DNA of 64,000 nucleotides from a virus. Positions 1 to 10,832 of the stretch are shown piece by piece. Positions within the stretch are counted from its first letter, which is position 1. Every line of letters starts with the position of its first letter. The position numbers and the translations under genes are program-made. The DNA lies in the IMG/VR virus record IMGVR_UViG_3300020166_000747; one strand, 5' to 3'. Under the pieces are notes generated by a model, which saw only the letters and a program-made list of their open reading frames with translations, ran no database searches and was not told the origin of the DNA.

Positions 1-2
1 CA

Positions 3-260
3 TTTAAGAGTTATACCGCAAACTTTGATCAAAAATATATTAGTTTGGTTCGTGCAAAAATAATGAACAACAAGACAGTACTCAATGAAAACGCAGTACA
101 AGATATTATTATTAATCAGAAGATGTCTTCTAAAGAATCCAGTATGGGATTAGCGGTCGTAAGACCTGGCGCAACTAAAGAAATGTCGTTTGACGAATTA
201 TATGATTTGGAAATCGCACATGAAGCGCAAAAACGATCATTAGCATTGAGGAGTCAATAA
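3..260 (+). CDS. Partial CDS (5' end outside window), hypothetical protein
   Basis: The frame of the 45..260 ORF is open back to position 3 (FKSYTANFDQKYISLVRAK...). Its TAA overlaps the ATG of the next gene (TAATG). Confidence 0.7.
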   Translation, partial: FKSYTANFDQKYISLVRAKIMNNKTVLNENAVQDIIINQKMSSKESSMGLAVVRPGATKEMSFDELYDLEIAHEAQKRSLALRSQ

Positions 261-1093
261 TGAAGATAGCATTAGCATTTTTTGGACAGCCGAGAGGCAT
301 AGACAATGATATGATTATCGAACAATGGTTAAGGATACTAAGAGATTCTTCGGAAACTTGCACTTTTGACGTGTATGCTCATTTTTGGGATAACCAAAGT
401 AATACTAAAATTTCAGATACATATGAAGAATTTGTTAAAGAAACCCAAGTTGATGCTAACACACATTTTGACAAATTTATAAAGGCATTTAGACCGAAAC
501 AACTACACATTGAGCCTTCAAACGTACTAGATAAATTATCTAGTTTGTATTTTAGCAATAATGAATATGTAAACGCACGAGTTGATCCGGCTATTCCAAG
601 TACTGGACGAGCGACTATTGGCCAATGGTATAGCACCGAACGGGTACTGGACCAGGTTATTAATAGCGGAGTAGAATATGATATAGTCATCAGAATCAGA
701 CCAGATATAATATTCGAACAGACCGAAAGCCATCATAGATTTTTTGAATTTTCGCTAATAAACCATTTTAAGGCATGTGCTGTCGGTAACAGATGTATTG
801 GTGTTCCTTCTATAGAAATAAAATCAGGAACTCCGATTCTGAATGATTGGTGGACGGTTATGTACGGAGGTTTTGTTGAAGAGTTTAAAACAAACTTAAC
901 AAAAAATATATCATCGCAAATCAATGCAATATTTACAACTTTAGATACACCAAATAGTATACAAGAAAATGCACTACACCGACATTGCATCAAACTTGAC
1001 ATCAACGCAGTTTCAACAAAAGCTGAGGCGAGAATTTATAGAAAAGAAGAAGGAACTTGGGTATGGCCTAATTACTTAGTAGATAGCAAATAG
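260..1093 (+). CDS. Putative glycosyltransferase-like protein (MKIAL.F.GQPR / YD.VIR.RPD family of large phages and giant viruses)
   Basis: GAGGAG RBS; motifs MKIALAFFGQPR, DVYAHFW and YDIVIRIRPD. Function inferred from family resemblance and context. Confidence 0.55.
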   Translation: MKIALAFFGQPRGIDNDMIIEQWLRILRDSSETCTFDVYAHFWDNQSNTKISDTYEEFVKETQVDANTHFDKFIKAFRPKQLHIEPSNVLDKLSSLYFSNNEYVNARVDPAIPSTGRATIGQWYSTERVLDQVINSGVEYDIVIRIRPDIIFEQTESHHRFFEFSLINHFKACAVGNRCIGVPSIEIKSGTPILNDWWTVMYGGFVEEFKTNLTKNISSQINAIFTTLDTPNSIQENALHRHCIKLDINAVSTKAEARIYRKEEGTWVWPNYLVDSK

Positions 1094-1098
1094 ATTAT

Positions 1099-2322
1099 CT
1101 ACGTGTGATACTTAGTCTTAACACTGTCCCACGTACTTTGCATTTCTGCATTAGTATCTTTTCCACAGAAAATTGAACAAGTGCGTAAGCGTTTATTTCT
1201 TACATTGTTATCGTTAAAGTTTTCGACATATTTTTCTTGGAACATTGGACCATCAATTATATCTTTCAGTGTAACATGGCGAAGAGAAATTTTATCTTTA
1301 CCATAATCATTGATAAACGATTTTAATTGTGATGTTTCTTCATTATCATATGCATAATACTTGCTTGCAGTGAAGCAACAGGGCCATACTAATCCTTCAC
1401 TACTGACAAAGAAACTATCGGATTTCAAAACTAGACAATCAATTTTTGTAGAACCTAAATCTTTTTCCCATTGGGTCAATGGTCTAGTGTTATCCATTTT
1501 AAATGGCTTCGGAATATACTTAGGCCTATGTTCCTCTAACTTAAAAGTTTTTAATGCGTGTTTCGATTCTACATCCTCGCCGTCAACCTTGTTAAACGTT
1601 GTCTTACTAATATAATCCTTGATGACATTATTTTGCCAGCGACCTTCCATTGGAGGTTCAAGTACATAATCTAACTGTCCAGTTTCATTAAACACATGCA
1701 TTGCCGGAGTAGCCACTCTATCCGTATCACTATTGACAAATCCGAGTGCCTTTTTATGAAAGAAGTGATCAAACCCCATTTCTTTAGCTAGTGCCTCTGC
1801 TTCAGTAACTTGATGTTGATTGTGCTTGAATACTAAATAATCCCAACGTGCAGTTCCGCCAGCCCCTATATAATTTTTGGCTGCGGACATAATCTTATGC
1901 CAGTGAGTCCCACGACGATAGATATGGTTCGTATCTTCTAACCCATCGATACTAAAAGTAACATGCCCGTTACTACCGACAAGCCTACCTAAATCCTGCC
2001 AGAACTTTTCATTACGTCCACTTGCATTAGTATTCATAGTCACTTTGATGTTTGGATTCAATTCCTTTGTGTACTCTAGAATTGAAATCAATTCTGGGTT
2101 TGTCATCGCATCGCCATAATTACCACAGAAAGAAATAGAAAATAATCTAGAGATTAATTCAACTGGGAACCATTTTTTGTATTGTTCTAACGTAACATAC
2201 GTTTCTGTAAACATCGGATTCTTTATACCGCCGGATTGTCGTCTGTTACAAACCGGACATAATGCGTTACACAAGCTGCTCACTTCTAAGTCCAAATGTT
2301 GTAGTCTGTCATATGTATACAT
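1099..2322 (-). CDS. Radical SAM protein with C-terminal twitch/SPASM-like Cys cluster
   Basis: CNALCPVC (CX3CX2C), CGNYGD, TNAS, FSIDG; C-terminal IDC...VWPCC...CSIFC. Confidence 0.9.
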   Translation of the reverse strand: MYTYDRLQHLDLEVSSLCNALCPVCNRRQSGGIKNPMFTETYVTLEQYKKWFPVELISRLFSISFCGNYGDAMTNPELISILEYTKELNPNIKVTMNTNASGRNEKFWQDLGRLVGSNGHVTFSIDGLEDTNHIYRRGTHWHKIMSAAKNYIGAGGTARWDYLVFKHNQHQVTEAEALAKEMGFDHFFHKKALGFVNSDTDRVATPAMHVFNETGQLDYVLEPPMEGRWQNNVIKDYISKTTFNKVDGEDVESKHALKTFKLEEHRPKYIPKPFKMDNTRPLTQWEKDLGSTKIDCLVLKSDSFFVSSEGLVWPCCFTASKYYAYDNEETSQLKSFINDYGKDKISLRHVTLKDIIDGPMFQEKYVENFNDNNVRNKRLRTCSIFCGKDTNAEMQSTWDSVKTKYHT

Positions 2323-2324
2323 AA

Positions 2325-3515
2325 TTAATGTATCCTCTTAAATTCTGGTAAATAATCGCCGATAACTTGGTTACGTATCGTATCTAAGTTACGAGTGTAT
2401 TCTTTTGCTTGTTCCCATTTCTCTGGTTTATCAGGTCCACCGAACATGTTTTTAAATTCTTTTAATTTGTAATCTTCAAATACATTACTAAATCGTTCAT
2501 GTATGCTATCACGCATAGCTTTAGGTAATGCTGCAGGGGATAGAATGTCTGGATCATACACATAGTTATGATGAACCCATACTCCATGTTCTCTATGGAA
2601 GAAGTTATAAAAGTCTCCTAGAGTAGAGTAGTTCATCCATGATACAGTTTGCGTTACATCAATTTCAAAGTCTTCTTCCTTAATACGTAAGAAGTTCTTC
2701 ATAACAGTGTCCCATTTAGTTGGGTATCGAATGTAATGATTTCTATCACCTAGGTCGTCGATGCTACAACTAATCTTCACATGATCGAACTTTCTCCATA
2801 ACTCTATCACTTCTTCACTCATTAGCGTCATGTTGATATTGTACCACAGTTTGATATCTGTTTTACCCATATCAACTAAACGCTCTAAGAACTTAAAGTG
2901 TTCTTTGATTAGTGTTGGTTCTCCACCATTAATATAGAATGTCTTTACTCTGTCGCAATGCTGTAGTAAGTCATTCCAGAACTCTTCACGTTCAGGCCAT
3001 CTAAAGCCTTCCATCGTGTCATAGCTTGTGAGTTTGAATGTTGTACTGCTTTGTAGTTTGTCGTAATCGTTACGCCATTTAGATGATGATGCTGGATTAC
3101 AAGTACGACATGCAACATTGCAAACATTACCTAATCTAAGCTCAACGAAATCGAGTTGTACATCTTTCATGTAGCCAGTATCGTCAGTGGCGTCCCTAGC
3201 GACTCCTACAGTGTACTCAGGATAGTTCTTAATCTCTTCTAACCGTTTGCTTTGCATACCTTTTGCTTCTTCCGAGTAACAACGCATACATGCCTTAGGC
3301 TTCTTTCCATCAAGTACTTGTACTCTTGCTTTGCGGAATGACTCGCTATTCATCGTTTCGAATACGGTATCTCTGTTGAGATTATAATAACGTCGATCAC
3401 CATCTTTCGCACTACTAAGTGCTTGTCTGTGATCCGCAATACAGCAATGCGTCACACCCCCATGAGGATGTGTCGCTAGGTGTTGAAATAGTAATGGGCA
3501 GAATGTATCAGTCAT
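2325..3515 (-). CDS. Radical SAM protein with N-terminal twitch-like domain
   Basis: CNVACRTC, GGEP, SIDD; N-terminal FCP...HCC...CMRC. Confidence 0.9.
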   Translation of the reverse strand: MTDTFCPLLFQHLATHPHGGVTHCCIADHRQALSSAKDGDRRYYNLNRDTVFETMNSESFRKARVQVLDGKKPKACMRCYSEEAKGMQSKRLEEIKNYPEYTVGVARDATDDTGYMKDVQLDFVELRLGNVCNVACRTCNPASSSKWRNDYDKLQSSTTFKLTSYDTMEGFRWPEREEFWNDLLQHCDRVKTFYINGGEPTLIKEHFKFLERLVDMGKTDIKLWYNINMTLMSEEVIELWRKFDHVKISCSIDDLGDRNHYIRYPTKWDTVMKNFLRIKEEDFEIDVTQTVSWMNYSTLGDFYNFFHREHGVWVHHNYVYDPDILSPAALPKAMRDSIHERFSNVFEDYKLKEFKNMFGGPDKPEKWEQAKEYTRNLDTIRNQVIGDYLPEFKRIH

Positions 3516-4788
3516 TATCTATTTGCCCGTGTACATACGCAGATAACTCAGGGTATACCGCTCTCCAATCTAAGTTTCTACGTTGATCCATCTTGTCGGA
3601 GTATGAAACGAATTCTCGTAACATTTCTAAATCAGGTTCATTACTTTCGATTGCTTTATAATATCCCGTTAACATATCAAATTCTTTAGTATCGGGGTTA
3701 ACCAAATCTATTAGTTTTTGCAAGTCCGGTAACACGTAACTTCCAAACTTAGTTGGATCTAAAAATGGTGGGTTTTGAATAATGTTCCAGCTTTGTTCAA
3801 TCTCTTTATCGTAACGTAGTTGATAGTCCAATACTTTTTGTCGTAATTCCCAATTAGTAGGCGTGGTCAGCGGACAAATTGTACTATGTACTTGAACTGT
3901 AATGCCATCTAATTCCATTAGTGTATTGAAGTTCTCTTCCCATTGCTCCAAGTCTATCCCGTAACGTGAATATTCTTGTTCAGGTCCCCATGCATCAATA
4001 CTACATACAACAATCCAATTGTCAATTTTCCCAGTAGCGATCATTTTTTGAATCCTTGCAAGTTTCTGTTTGAACAGGCGAGGTTTATGCATCAAATTAC
4101 TAAACATCTTTATACCGATATTAGAATTATCATTCTCCGATTCTTCAAAGAATGATAAACATTCCTCGAACTCTTCTTTCTGATACAGTGGTTCGCCACC
4201 TAAAATATGAAACATTTTAATTTTGTGTGAATGTTCGTGCATCCATTCCCAGAACTCACCCTTGCGCTTTTCGTATCTATTTGAACTTGAGAAATTACCA
4301 TCAAGACTATAGTACTTACTAGCAGGACCATACTTTTTAATCTCTGCTTCAATTTTACTACTAAATTGCGGTGTGCAATATGTACATGCTAGATTACATG
4401 TATTCTTAAAGTATACCTCAACACAGGTAGGAGTCACTTCGTCTTGTAATTCGTTGTTTTCAGAATACATAATTTCATGCGGATTCCAATTATTCATCGG
4501 AGTGAAAACCTGTCTTTCACTCTTGCCGCCGGAATCTTCGACACGTTTGCAGTATTGGCAACTGTCCTTAGGCCACTTCCCATCAACCATGCGCTTGCGT
4601 TCTTCAACTAATTTCGGATGCTTGTTAAAATCTTTAAAATTATCGTCCGGCGATAGATTAAATCCGCCGGTTCGGTGACACATATTGATTTGGTCAAGAC
4701 TTAGATATAATGTTAACCAACTCCATTTTAACGCACACGCTGCCTCATTCTGAATAGGGAACATTCTTCCTGATTTATTTTCTTCCAT
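3508..4788 (-). CDS. Radical SAM protein with N-terminal twitch-like domain
   Basis: CNLACTYC, GGEP, SIDAWG; N-terminal CALKW...MCH...CQYC. Confidence 0.9.
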   Translation of the reverse strand: MEENKSGRMFPIQNEAACALKWSWLTLYLSLDQINMCHRTGGFNLSPDDNFKDFNKHPKLVEERKRMVDGKWPKDSCQYCKRVEDSGGKSERQVFTPMNNWNPHEIMYSENNELQDEVTPTCVEVYFKNTCNLACTYCTPQFSSKIEAEIKKYGPASKYYSLDGNFSSSNRYEKRKGEFWEWMHEHSHKIKMFHILGGEPLYQKEEFEECLSFFEESENDNSNIGIKMFSNLMHKPRLFKQKLARIQKMIATGKIDNWIVVCSIDAWGPEQEYSRYGIDLEQWEENFNTLMELDGITVQVHSTICPLTTPTNWELRQKVLDYQLRYDKEIEQSWNIIQNPPFLDPTKFGSYVLPDLQKLIDLVNPDTKEFDMLTGYYKAIESNEPDLEMLREFVSYSDKMDQRRNLDWRAVYPELSAYVHGQIDND

Positions 4789-6175
4789 CAAATCGTCTCC
4801 ACCAAAGATACAGTTCTGTATCTAATTTGTAAATATCTTCTAGCCGATATTGTTCTTGTCTAATCTGGTCAAGTCTATCTTGATATCCTTTACCATTCTT
4901 AAACTCTTGTTCGTGTGTATCTGGCCATTGTTCTGCAAATGTCGGACGTTTCTTCATTTCATGTAGAGTGTTAATAAGTGTCTCTTGCTTTTGTGTACCA
5001 CGTGGTTCCATATATGCTAATAACTCATCAATTTTTCTGTCAAGAATATGACGTGGCCACGCAAACGGTGACATAACAATATCAGCATGAAATGCAAACA
5101 TGATTTTTGTTTCCATGCGCACATCTAATTCTAGTGATAAGTCAAACAAATCTTTTAATGAGAACATGCCTGGACCTGTGATAGTCAAGTCAAATAGCAT
5201 TTTATGCTTACCACCAGGTGCTGCCAGTCCTTGCTTGAAGTTATCTAGCCATTCTTCCCATACGATACCCTTACGAATAAACTCTACAATATCACCAGTA
5301 CCATCGATAGATGCGCACATTAACCAGTCTTTAAACTGTGGTAGATAATCAAATAGATTTTTACCTTTGAAGTCTACACGTGATAGATTAGAATTATAAC
5401 GCAAATAACAGTTCTTTGCAGAACCGTTGTTTACCATTTCTTCTAATGCCCACCAATGCATATCATACATAAGAGGTTCGCCGCCGACCCAATAGATTTC
5501 TTCTACTATGCCGTCACTAATTGCTTTCTTGAACTCAGGTTCAGCAACGTCTTTCTGAAACTTTTGCATTTTCTGTTTAACAGTAGGTTGCATAAAGGGC
5601 TGATTTTCAATACTCCACATGTCGTGTTTCTTCTTTTCAGCTTCCCATGCACTTGATAATTGCTCACCGCACATACGACACTTGAAGTTGCACAAGTTTG
5701 AATAACGATAGTCAAAGGAAATTACTGGCATTTCTGTACGCCCATCATCATCTGTCTTATCAAATGCTTCTTGTATCTTATCTTTGAATAGTACACCTGT
5801 GAACCATTTGCGATACGAACTTAGTGATAGAGTGTCATCATTACACACATCACATTGTGGAATGCGCTCTCCTGCCATTAGCTTCTTACGAATGTCACGC
5901 ATGTAAGGAGAGTTCCAATGTTCTTCTAGCGTTGTTGGATTAAAGTCATCAACGTCAGTTTTAGAATCTGTTACTTCCCCATACTTTGAATCATTTGATG
6001 CATCGATATACTGCTTTTGAAAAGAGTGTTCTTCACGTGATGCACAACACATTCTACGTTCACCTTGTGGCGAGATATAAGTATGTGACCACGGTGCCAT
6101 ACAGAAAGTTTTGTTTTCACTTTCTTCAGCACAACTTGCATCATCTTTCCAGATTGGTACGATTCGTTTAGTCAA
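4775..6175 (-). CDS. Radical SAM protein with N-terminal twitch-like domain
   Basis: CNFKCRMC, GGEP, SIDG; N-terminal FCMAPW...MCC...CDVC; TTG start with GGAGG RBS. Confidence 0.9.
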   Translation of the reverse strand: MTKRIVPIWKDDASCAEESENKTFCMAPWSHTYISPQGERRMCCASREEHSFQKQYIDASNDSKYGEVTDSKTDVDDFNPTTLEEHWNSPYMRDIRKKLMAGERIPQCDVCNDDTLSLSSYRKWFTGVLFKDKIQEAFDKTDDDGRTEMPVISFDYRYSNLCNFKCRMCGEQLSSAWEAEKKKHDMWSIENQPFMQPTVKQKMQKFQKDVAEPEFKKAISDGIVEEIYWVGGEPLMYDMHWWALEEMVNNGSAKNCYLRYNSNLSRVDFKGKNLFDYLPQFKDWLMCASIDGTGDIVEFIRKGIVWEEWLDNFKQGLAAPGGKHKMLFDLTITGPGMFSLKDLFDLSLELDVRMETKIMFAFHADIVMSPFAWPRHILDRKIDELLAYMEPRGTQKQETLINTLHEMKKRPTFAEQWPDTHEQEFKNGKGYQDRLDQIRQEQYRLEDIYKLDTELYLWWRRFDGRK

Positions 6176-7718
6176 CTATAATTCCTCCGAGGGCATCAGT
6201 CTCCGTATCCCACCCACCTACTTTTATTTTCTGTTCGTGTGCGTCATCTCCGCTACCATACTCTTCAGTCGTAGCAGGATCAAGCCCACGTGGTGCATTT
6301 TCAAGAATAAATGTCTTAGACTTTATTTGTTCAGCGGTGGGGACTTCTGCCTCAAGTGTGTTATACCAATCAGCCATCGGACCTTTAAAGGTTTCAGCGA
6401 AACTCTTATTACGTCTTACATCAAACTGTGAAAAGAATGCCTTAAAGTCGTTGTACAATTTACCTTGATCTGCTGTGTTCTTATGTGGTGTTTTAACAAT
6501 ATCAAGATAGTCGATCAGTCTGCGTACACTTGCGCGTTCATGTTCGAATATTTTTTTACTATTAAGAAAAAGCCATGAAGTCAATTTGTCTTTGTAGTAT
6601 TTTTTAAGATGTTCTGGTAAAATCGCGGCACTCTGAAAACTTGGGAATCGTAGAATGTTCAATGTAAGCGAAGGAGCACGTGGTCCGTATTCTTCACGTA
6701 GTTCAACTATTTCATCCATAAATTCAGTGATGCTATTTAAGCACAACGAATTGATTGTCATCATCATATGTAGTTTCTGTACATTAGATTCTTTAAGAAC
6801 ACGATGGATACTATTCATCCATTTGTCATAATCCAAACCGTCACGTATATACTCAGCTTGATCTTTTGTTGCTTCCATAGAAGTGTAGATTTCAAAGTTA
6901 GGAACATACCAAGACTTTTCAATCAACTTGTCTAGTACTTTAGGAGTTTCTGGTGACAAGTTACTATTAATAGCAAATCGCATATTACGACCACGATCTG
7001 GGTTCTTTTCAAACCAATCAAACAACTTCCAAGTACCCGTATGCATGATGGGTTCGCCACCAGTAATACGAATTTCTTCTAGACTGTCTGCTAAATCACT
7101 TTCCCACCATGTATGAAACGCTTGAATGAATGGATTGTCTTCTGCTTTCTTTGTTGTAGGTTCTGCCCACGGAGCAGTGTCCATAAAGTGGCCGCGCCCA
7201 TCAGACTGAATATTTTGATATGCGCCATAATCATTGATGTCTTTAACCCATGCAGTTGAGAATGCTGGATTACAGTAAGTACACTTTAGATTACATGCTC
7301 TATCAAATGAGATTTCAAGTGTACGCAACGGTACATTGGAATCCCATGGCATTTCCATACTCTTGTCAAGGTCTTCATTGCTGAAGATTTCAGTTTTGAA
7401 TACGCGGTCAGAGATATGGTCTTTGCCCATATCTTCTACTTTCCAACAGTATTCGCATTCACTAGGACGTTCGCCCTCTTGCATCATCTTACGCATCTTC
7501 TTCTTATGCATAGTATTATGAATTGCAGAAGGATTGTCTTTTAGTTCTTCGACTGGAATCCAGTGTCCAGGTGGGTGATGACAACTTGTAGTTTGCCCAT
7601 GACCCAACCAAATAGTTGCATTATACCATTTTGCACCACAATAGCTTGCGCTCTTGGTATCAATTATACGTTCTTTATACTGATGAAGGGTTTCCCCATT
7701 CTTGTTGTCACGCGCCAT
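6168..7718 (-). CDS. Radical SAM protein with N-terminal twitch-like domain
   Basis: CNLKCTYC, TGGEP; N-terminal CGAKW...SCHHP...CEYCW. Confidence 0.9.
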   Translation of the reverse strand: MARDNKNGETLHQYKERIIDTKSASYCGAKWYNATIWLGHGQTTSCHHPPGHWIPVEELKDNPSAIHNTMHKKKMRKMMQEGERPSECEYCWKVEDMGKDHISDRVFKTEIFSNEDLDKSMEMPWDSNVPLRTLEISFDRACNLKCTYCNPAFSTAWVKDINDYGAYQNIQSDGRGHFMDTAPWAEPTTKKAEDNPFIQAFHTWWESDLADSLEEIRITGGEPIMHTGTWKLFDWFEKNPDRGRNMRFAINSNLSPETPKVLDKLIEKSWYVPNFEIYTSMEATKDQAEYIRDGLDYDKWMNSIHRVLKESNVQKLHMMMTINSLCLNSITEFMDEIVELREEYGPRAPSLTLNILRFPSFQSAAILPEHLKKYYKDKLTSWLFLNSKKIFEHERASVRRLIDYLDIVKTPHKNTADQGKLYNDFKAFFSQFDVRRNKSFAETFKGPMADWYNTLEAEVPTAEQIKSKTFILENAPRGLDPATTEEYGSGDDAHEQKIKVGGWDTETDALGGIIVD

Positions 7719-9276
7719 ATTTTACCTCGTATTCTTCTTTAGCTTCATTCCAAAAGTCTGTCATTTCAGGGAATGTTTCTAAGAAATTTAGTCCCCTACG
7801 CTTATCATACTGTGTAAAGTATTCGTAGAAACGAATTAACTTATCACTTAATTCTGCGTCACTCATATTTAGTCCTTCTTTTGCCCAAGCCAAATCACGC
7901 TCAAGTTTTAAGACTTCATAGTTCTTAAATCCAGTATACTTACGTCCATACAAATCATTTGGTAGAACATTTGCTTTCATGTAATCGATATTGCTTTGAA
8001 TAGTATCAAGCATGATTGGATCTGCTAGTTGAATTGTCATCCAGTCTGGATAACGTAAGTAAGGAATATCAAACCAAACACGTTGACGTTTCTTGCGCAC
8101 AAATTTTGGATGCTTAAATCCATTTCGGTCGGGAGGCTGAATAACTTTGTCTTCTTGATTTTCATACCCAAATTCTTCGCGCAACTTTAGAATCATATCT
8201 AAGAACCCACGTAAATTTGGTATACTAAGGAGAGTAAAAGTGTTAATAAACGAAATCTCTGTACCATCTGTTTCAGACAATACTCGACGGCAATTTTCAT
8301 ACATCGTATCAAAATCAAGGCCATCACGAAGATATTCAGCCTGCTTCCCGACACTATCAACACTAACATATAAACTAAAATGCTTACATGCTGGTGCGAC
8401 ATACCAATGATTTCCGCTATCTGGGTTGAAACGTTCTGGATCTTCCCAAACGCGGACTTCTTCTAATTTCTGTATTTTCTCAATGAACTTATCCATTAAC
8501 GCTGGTTGAGGAGGCGCCATGTTTGACGTAATACTCAAGTCTAAGAATGCGTTTGGATTTTCATTGACATAATCTAATACTTTGAATGTATTCTTATCCA
8601 TAAGAGGTTCACCACCTGTCATTCGGAATACTTTCAATTCGTTGTACACTTCTGGAAACCATTTCCAAAATGCTTCAATATAAGGATTATCTTTACGTGC
8701 TACTTCAAGTGGCATCATACCAGTCTTACGTAGATAATCAATATCATTATGCCCAGTACCGTTAGCAAATCTAAAGCCACCATGTTTCTTAACATCATCT
8801 TCCCATGCAGTAGATAGATGCGGAGAACAATAAGAACACTTTAGATTACATGCTTGATTGAAATTTACTTCAACGTATCGCGGTGTTATCTTGTGATCCC
8901 AAGGATTGTTTACTACTTCGTCCCATGCTTCTTTGACCCACCACTCACTACTGCGATAGTGTCTATCACTTAGACGACCACCTTCCGGGGCATTCGGTGC
9001 ATCTTCTACATTCCAACAATACTGACAACCTTCAGGACGTTCACCCTGCAACATTTGCTTACGCTCTTGCATCTTAAATGTTGTATTGTGTAATGCACCT
9101 ACATCTTTTTTCAGTTCATCTAACGGAATAGCATGTGTAGGTGGATGATAACAACTATGTGTACGGCCTTGCGGCAGATGCAAACTTACTTGCAACCACT
9201 TTGCCATACACATAGATGGTGAAATAGAATTTAGCTTTTGACGTGTGCTTACTGCATCGTCATCATAATTTGACAT
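7708..9276 (-). CDS. Radical SAM protein with N-terminal twitch-like domain
   Basis: CNLKCSYC, TGGEP, SVDS; N-terminal CMAKW...SCYHP...CQYCW. Clear paralog of 6168..7718. Confidence 0.9.
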   Translation of the reverse strand: MSNYDDDAVSTRQKLNSISPSMCMAKWLQVSLHLPQGRTHSCYHPPTHAIPLDELKKDVGALHNTTFKMQERKQMLQGERPEGCQYCWNVEDAPNAPEGGRLSDRHYRSSEWWVKEAWDEVVNNPWDHKITPRYVEVNFNQACNLKCSYCSPHLSTAWEDDVKKHGGFRFANGTGHNDIDYLRKTGMMPLEVARKDNPYIEAFWKWFPEVYNELKVFRMTGGEPLMDKNTFKVLDYVNENPNAFLDLSITSNMAPPQPALMDKFIEKIQKLEEVRVWEDPERFNPDSGNHWYVAPACKHFSLYVSVDSVGKQAEYLRDGLDFDTMYENCRRVLSETDGTEISFINTFTLLSIPNLRGFLDMILKLREEFGYENQEDKVIQPPDRNGFKHPKFVRKKRQRVWFDIPYLRYPDWMTIQLADPIMLDTIQSNIDYMKANVLPNDLYGRKYTGFKNYEVLKLERDLAWAKEGLNMSDAELSDKLIRFYEYFTQYDKRRGLNFLETFPEMTDFWNEAKEEYEVKYGA

Positions 9277-10254
9277 TTAATGTCCGCTCCAACCAGTGGT
9301 TTTTTCTGTTGCTAATGGATTCTTTACTCTTGGGGGATTTGAGTATACTCGCTTGAAAAATGCTGCTACTTCTGGAGTTGGATCACATAGTTCCATACCA
9401 ATCTTATCAACTAAGATATCACCGATACGCAAACATTCATCAAACAACTTATCATAGTCCCATTCTACTTTTGTGTTTTCGCATTTCATTTCACCGCCTT
9501 TAAATGGTGGGAAGACTTCGTTTTCGAAATACTCTTTGAACCAATCATAGCTAGAAATGTTTTCTAGTACGAAATCAGGGTTAAGATTGATATCATAGCA
9601 ACCAAGACGTGCGCCGAATAATGCCCAGATGCCGTTCTCTACATCAGAACCAATGTTACACCATGTAATTAAACGCTCATAGTTCTTAGGCCAGATACGT
9701 TTCTTAAAGTCTTCTACAGGAACTTTCTTACCTTCATCAAGTGACATTTTAGCACCTTCACGATAACCAGCACGGAATGCTTGGAACGGTGATCCTGCAT
9801 TATATACGAGTGAGTACACATTGTTCATCTGAATATAGTTCAAGTCCCAACAGAAGTCAACCTTTTTTGTTTCATCTTCTGCATTTTCATGTGTCTTCAT
9901 ATCAAGTACAAGTTGTACTGGCCAGCATTTAATTCCGCCGTTGCCATAAACAAGTCCGTTCACAACGTTCTTCGCTGACCATGAGATAACCGAGTTAGCT
10001 AAGTCAGTGTCTTCTGGGAACGTAAGTTCAATATCAAAGAACTTTTCATCTACGATGTTATCACCGTCGATAGTAATAAATCTGTCTGTATCACTTTGTC
10101 TCGCACATTCCTTGTGCGCATTATCAAAACCTTTAACGCCATCTACACGTTTTGCAAATGGAAACTTCTGTAGCAAGTCTGCCCAGTGTTTCTCTTTATT
10201 TGGTTCATCGTAACTTAGATAAAAGATATCTAGTTCACCAATTTCTAGTTTCAT
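9277..10254 (-). CDS. Putative GT-A-fold glycosyltransferase
   Basis: DIFYLSYDEPN, VDGVKG...AH, and a DxD motif after a hydrophobic strand (FITIDGD). Confidence 0.65.
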   Translation of the reverse strand: MKLEIGELDIFYLSYDEPNKEKHWADLLQKFPFAKRVDGVKGFDNAHKECARQSDTDRFITIDGDNIVDEKFFDIELTFPEDTDLANSVISWSAKNVVNGLVYGNGGIKCWPVQLVLDMKTHENAEDETKKVDFCWDLNYIQMNNVYSLVYNAGSPFQAFRAGYREGAKMSLDEGKKVPVEDFKKRIWPKNYERLITWCNIGSDVENGIWALFGARLGCYDINLNPDFVLENISSYDWFKEYFENEVFPPFKGGEMKCENTKVEWDYDKLFDECLRIGDILVDKIGMELCDPTPEVAAFFKRVYSNPPRVKNPLATEKTTGWSGH

Positions 10255-10256
10255 TC

Positions 10257-10832
10257 TTATGCTCTCCTTAACGAATAACTATCAAAATACTTACGAGTGT
10301 AAATACTTATATCGTATTTATAGTCGTAGTTAATTGTTACTTTTTCACCACTCAGCAAATCACTAAACTTAATCATTTGCATACTAATCAGGAACTCTGG
10401 TTTATCTTTGTGTGTAATAAAGAAAGGATGTGAATCAGTTCCAGCAACTACAACTGATTGGTTCTTGTCTACGTTTGAACGTGCTACTAGGTCATCACTT
10501 GCACTGATAACAACAGCATCATCTGTCATTTCTATATTGATATCAGCACCATCAATTTCTACAATCTTTGATATTTGGTTCTCTGCACTACGTTGCTTAA
10601 TATTAACTTTACGCTTTACAATATCATATATCAATGGATTGTCACTACGCTTTACAGTATAATCTGAAAACTTATATGTACCATCGATAAACGGAAGAAT
10701 ATCATCTAGTTCAAATATCGCATACATGTTATCAGTGTCATCTGTTCTTCCACTGATACTTGTTATGGTACCAGTGTCATCAAAGTATACATATCTGTTT
10801 GTTCTATTTTCTTCTAATGTACTTGTAATCAT
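10257..10832 (-). CDS. Hypothetical protein
   Basis: Likely start MITSTLEE at 10832, an ATGA overlap with the upstream stop. The track extends it to 10877. Confidence 0.7.
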   Translation of the reverse strand: MITSTLEENRTNRYVYFDDTGTITSISGRTDDTDNMYAIFELDDILPFIDGTYKFSDYTVKRSDNPLIYDIVKRKVNIKQRSAENQISKIVEIDGADINIEMTDDAVVISASDDLVARSNVDKNQSVVVAGTDSHPFFITHKDKPEFLISMQMIKFSDLLSGEKVTINYDYKYDISIYTRKYFDSYSLRRA

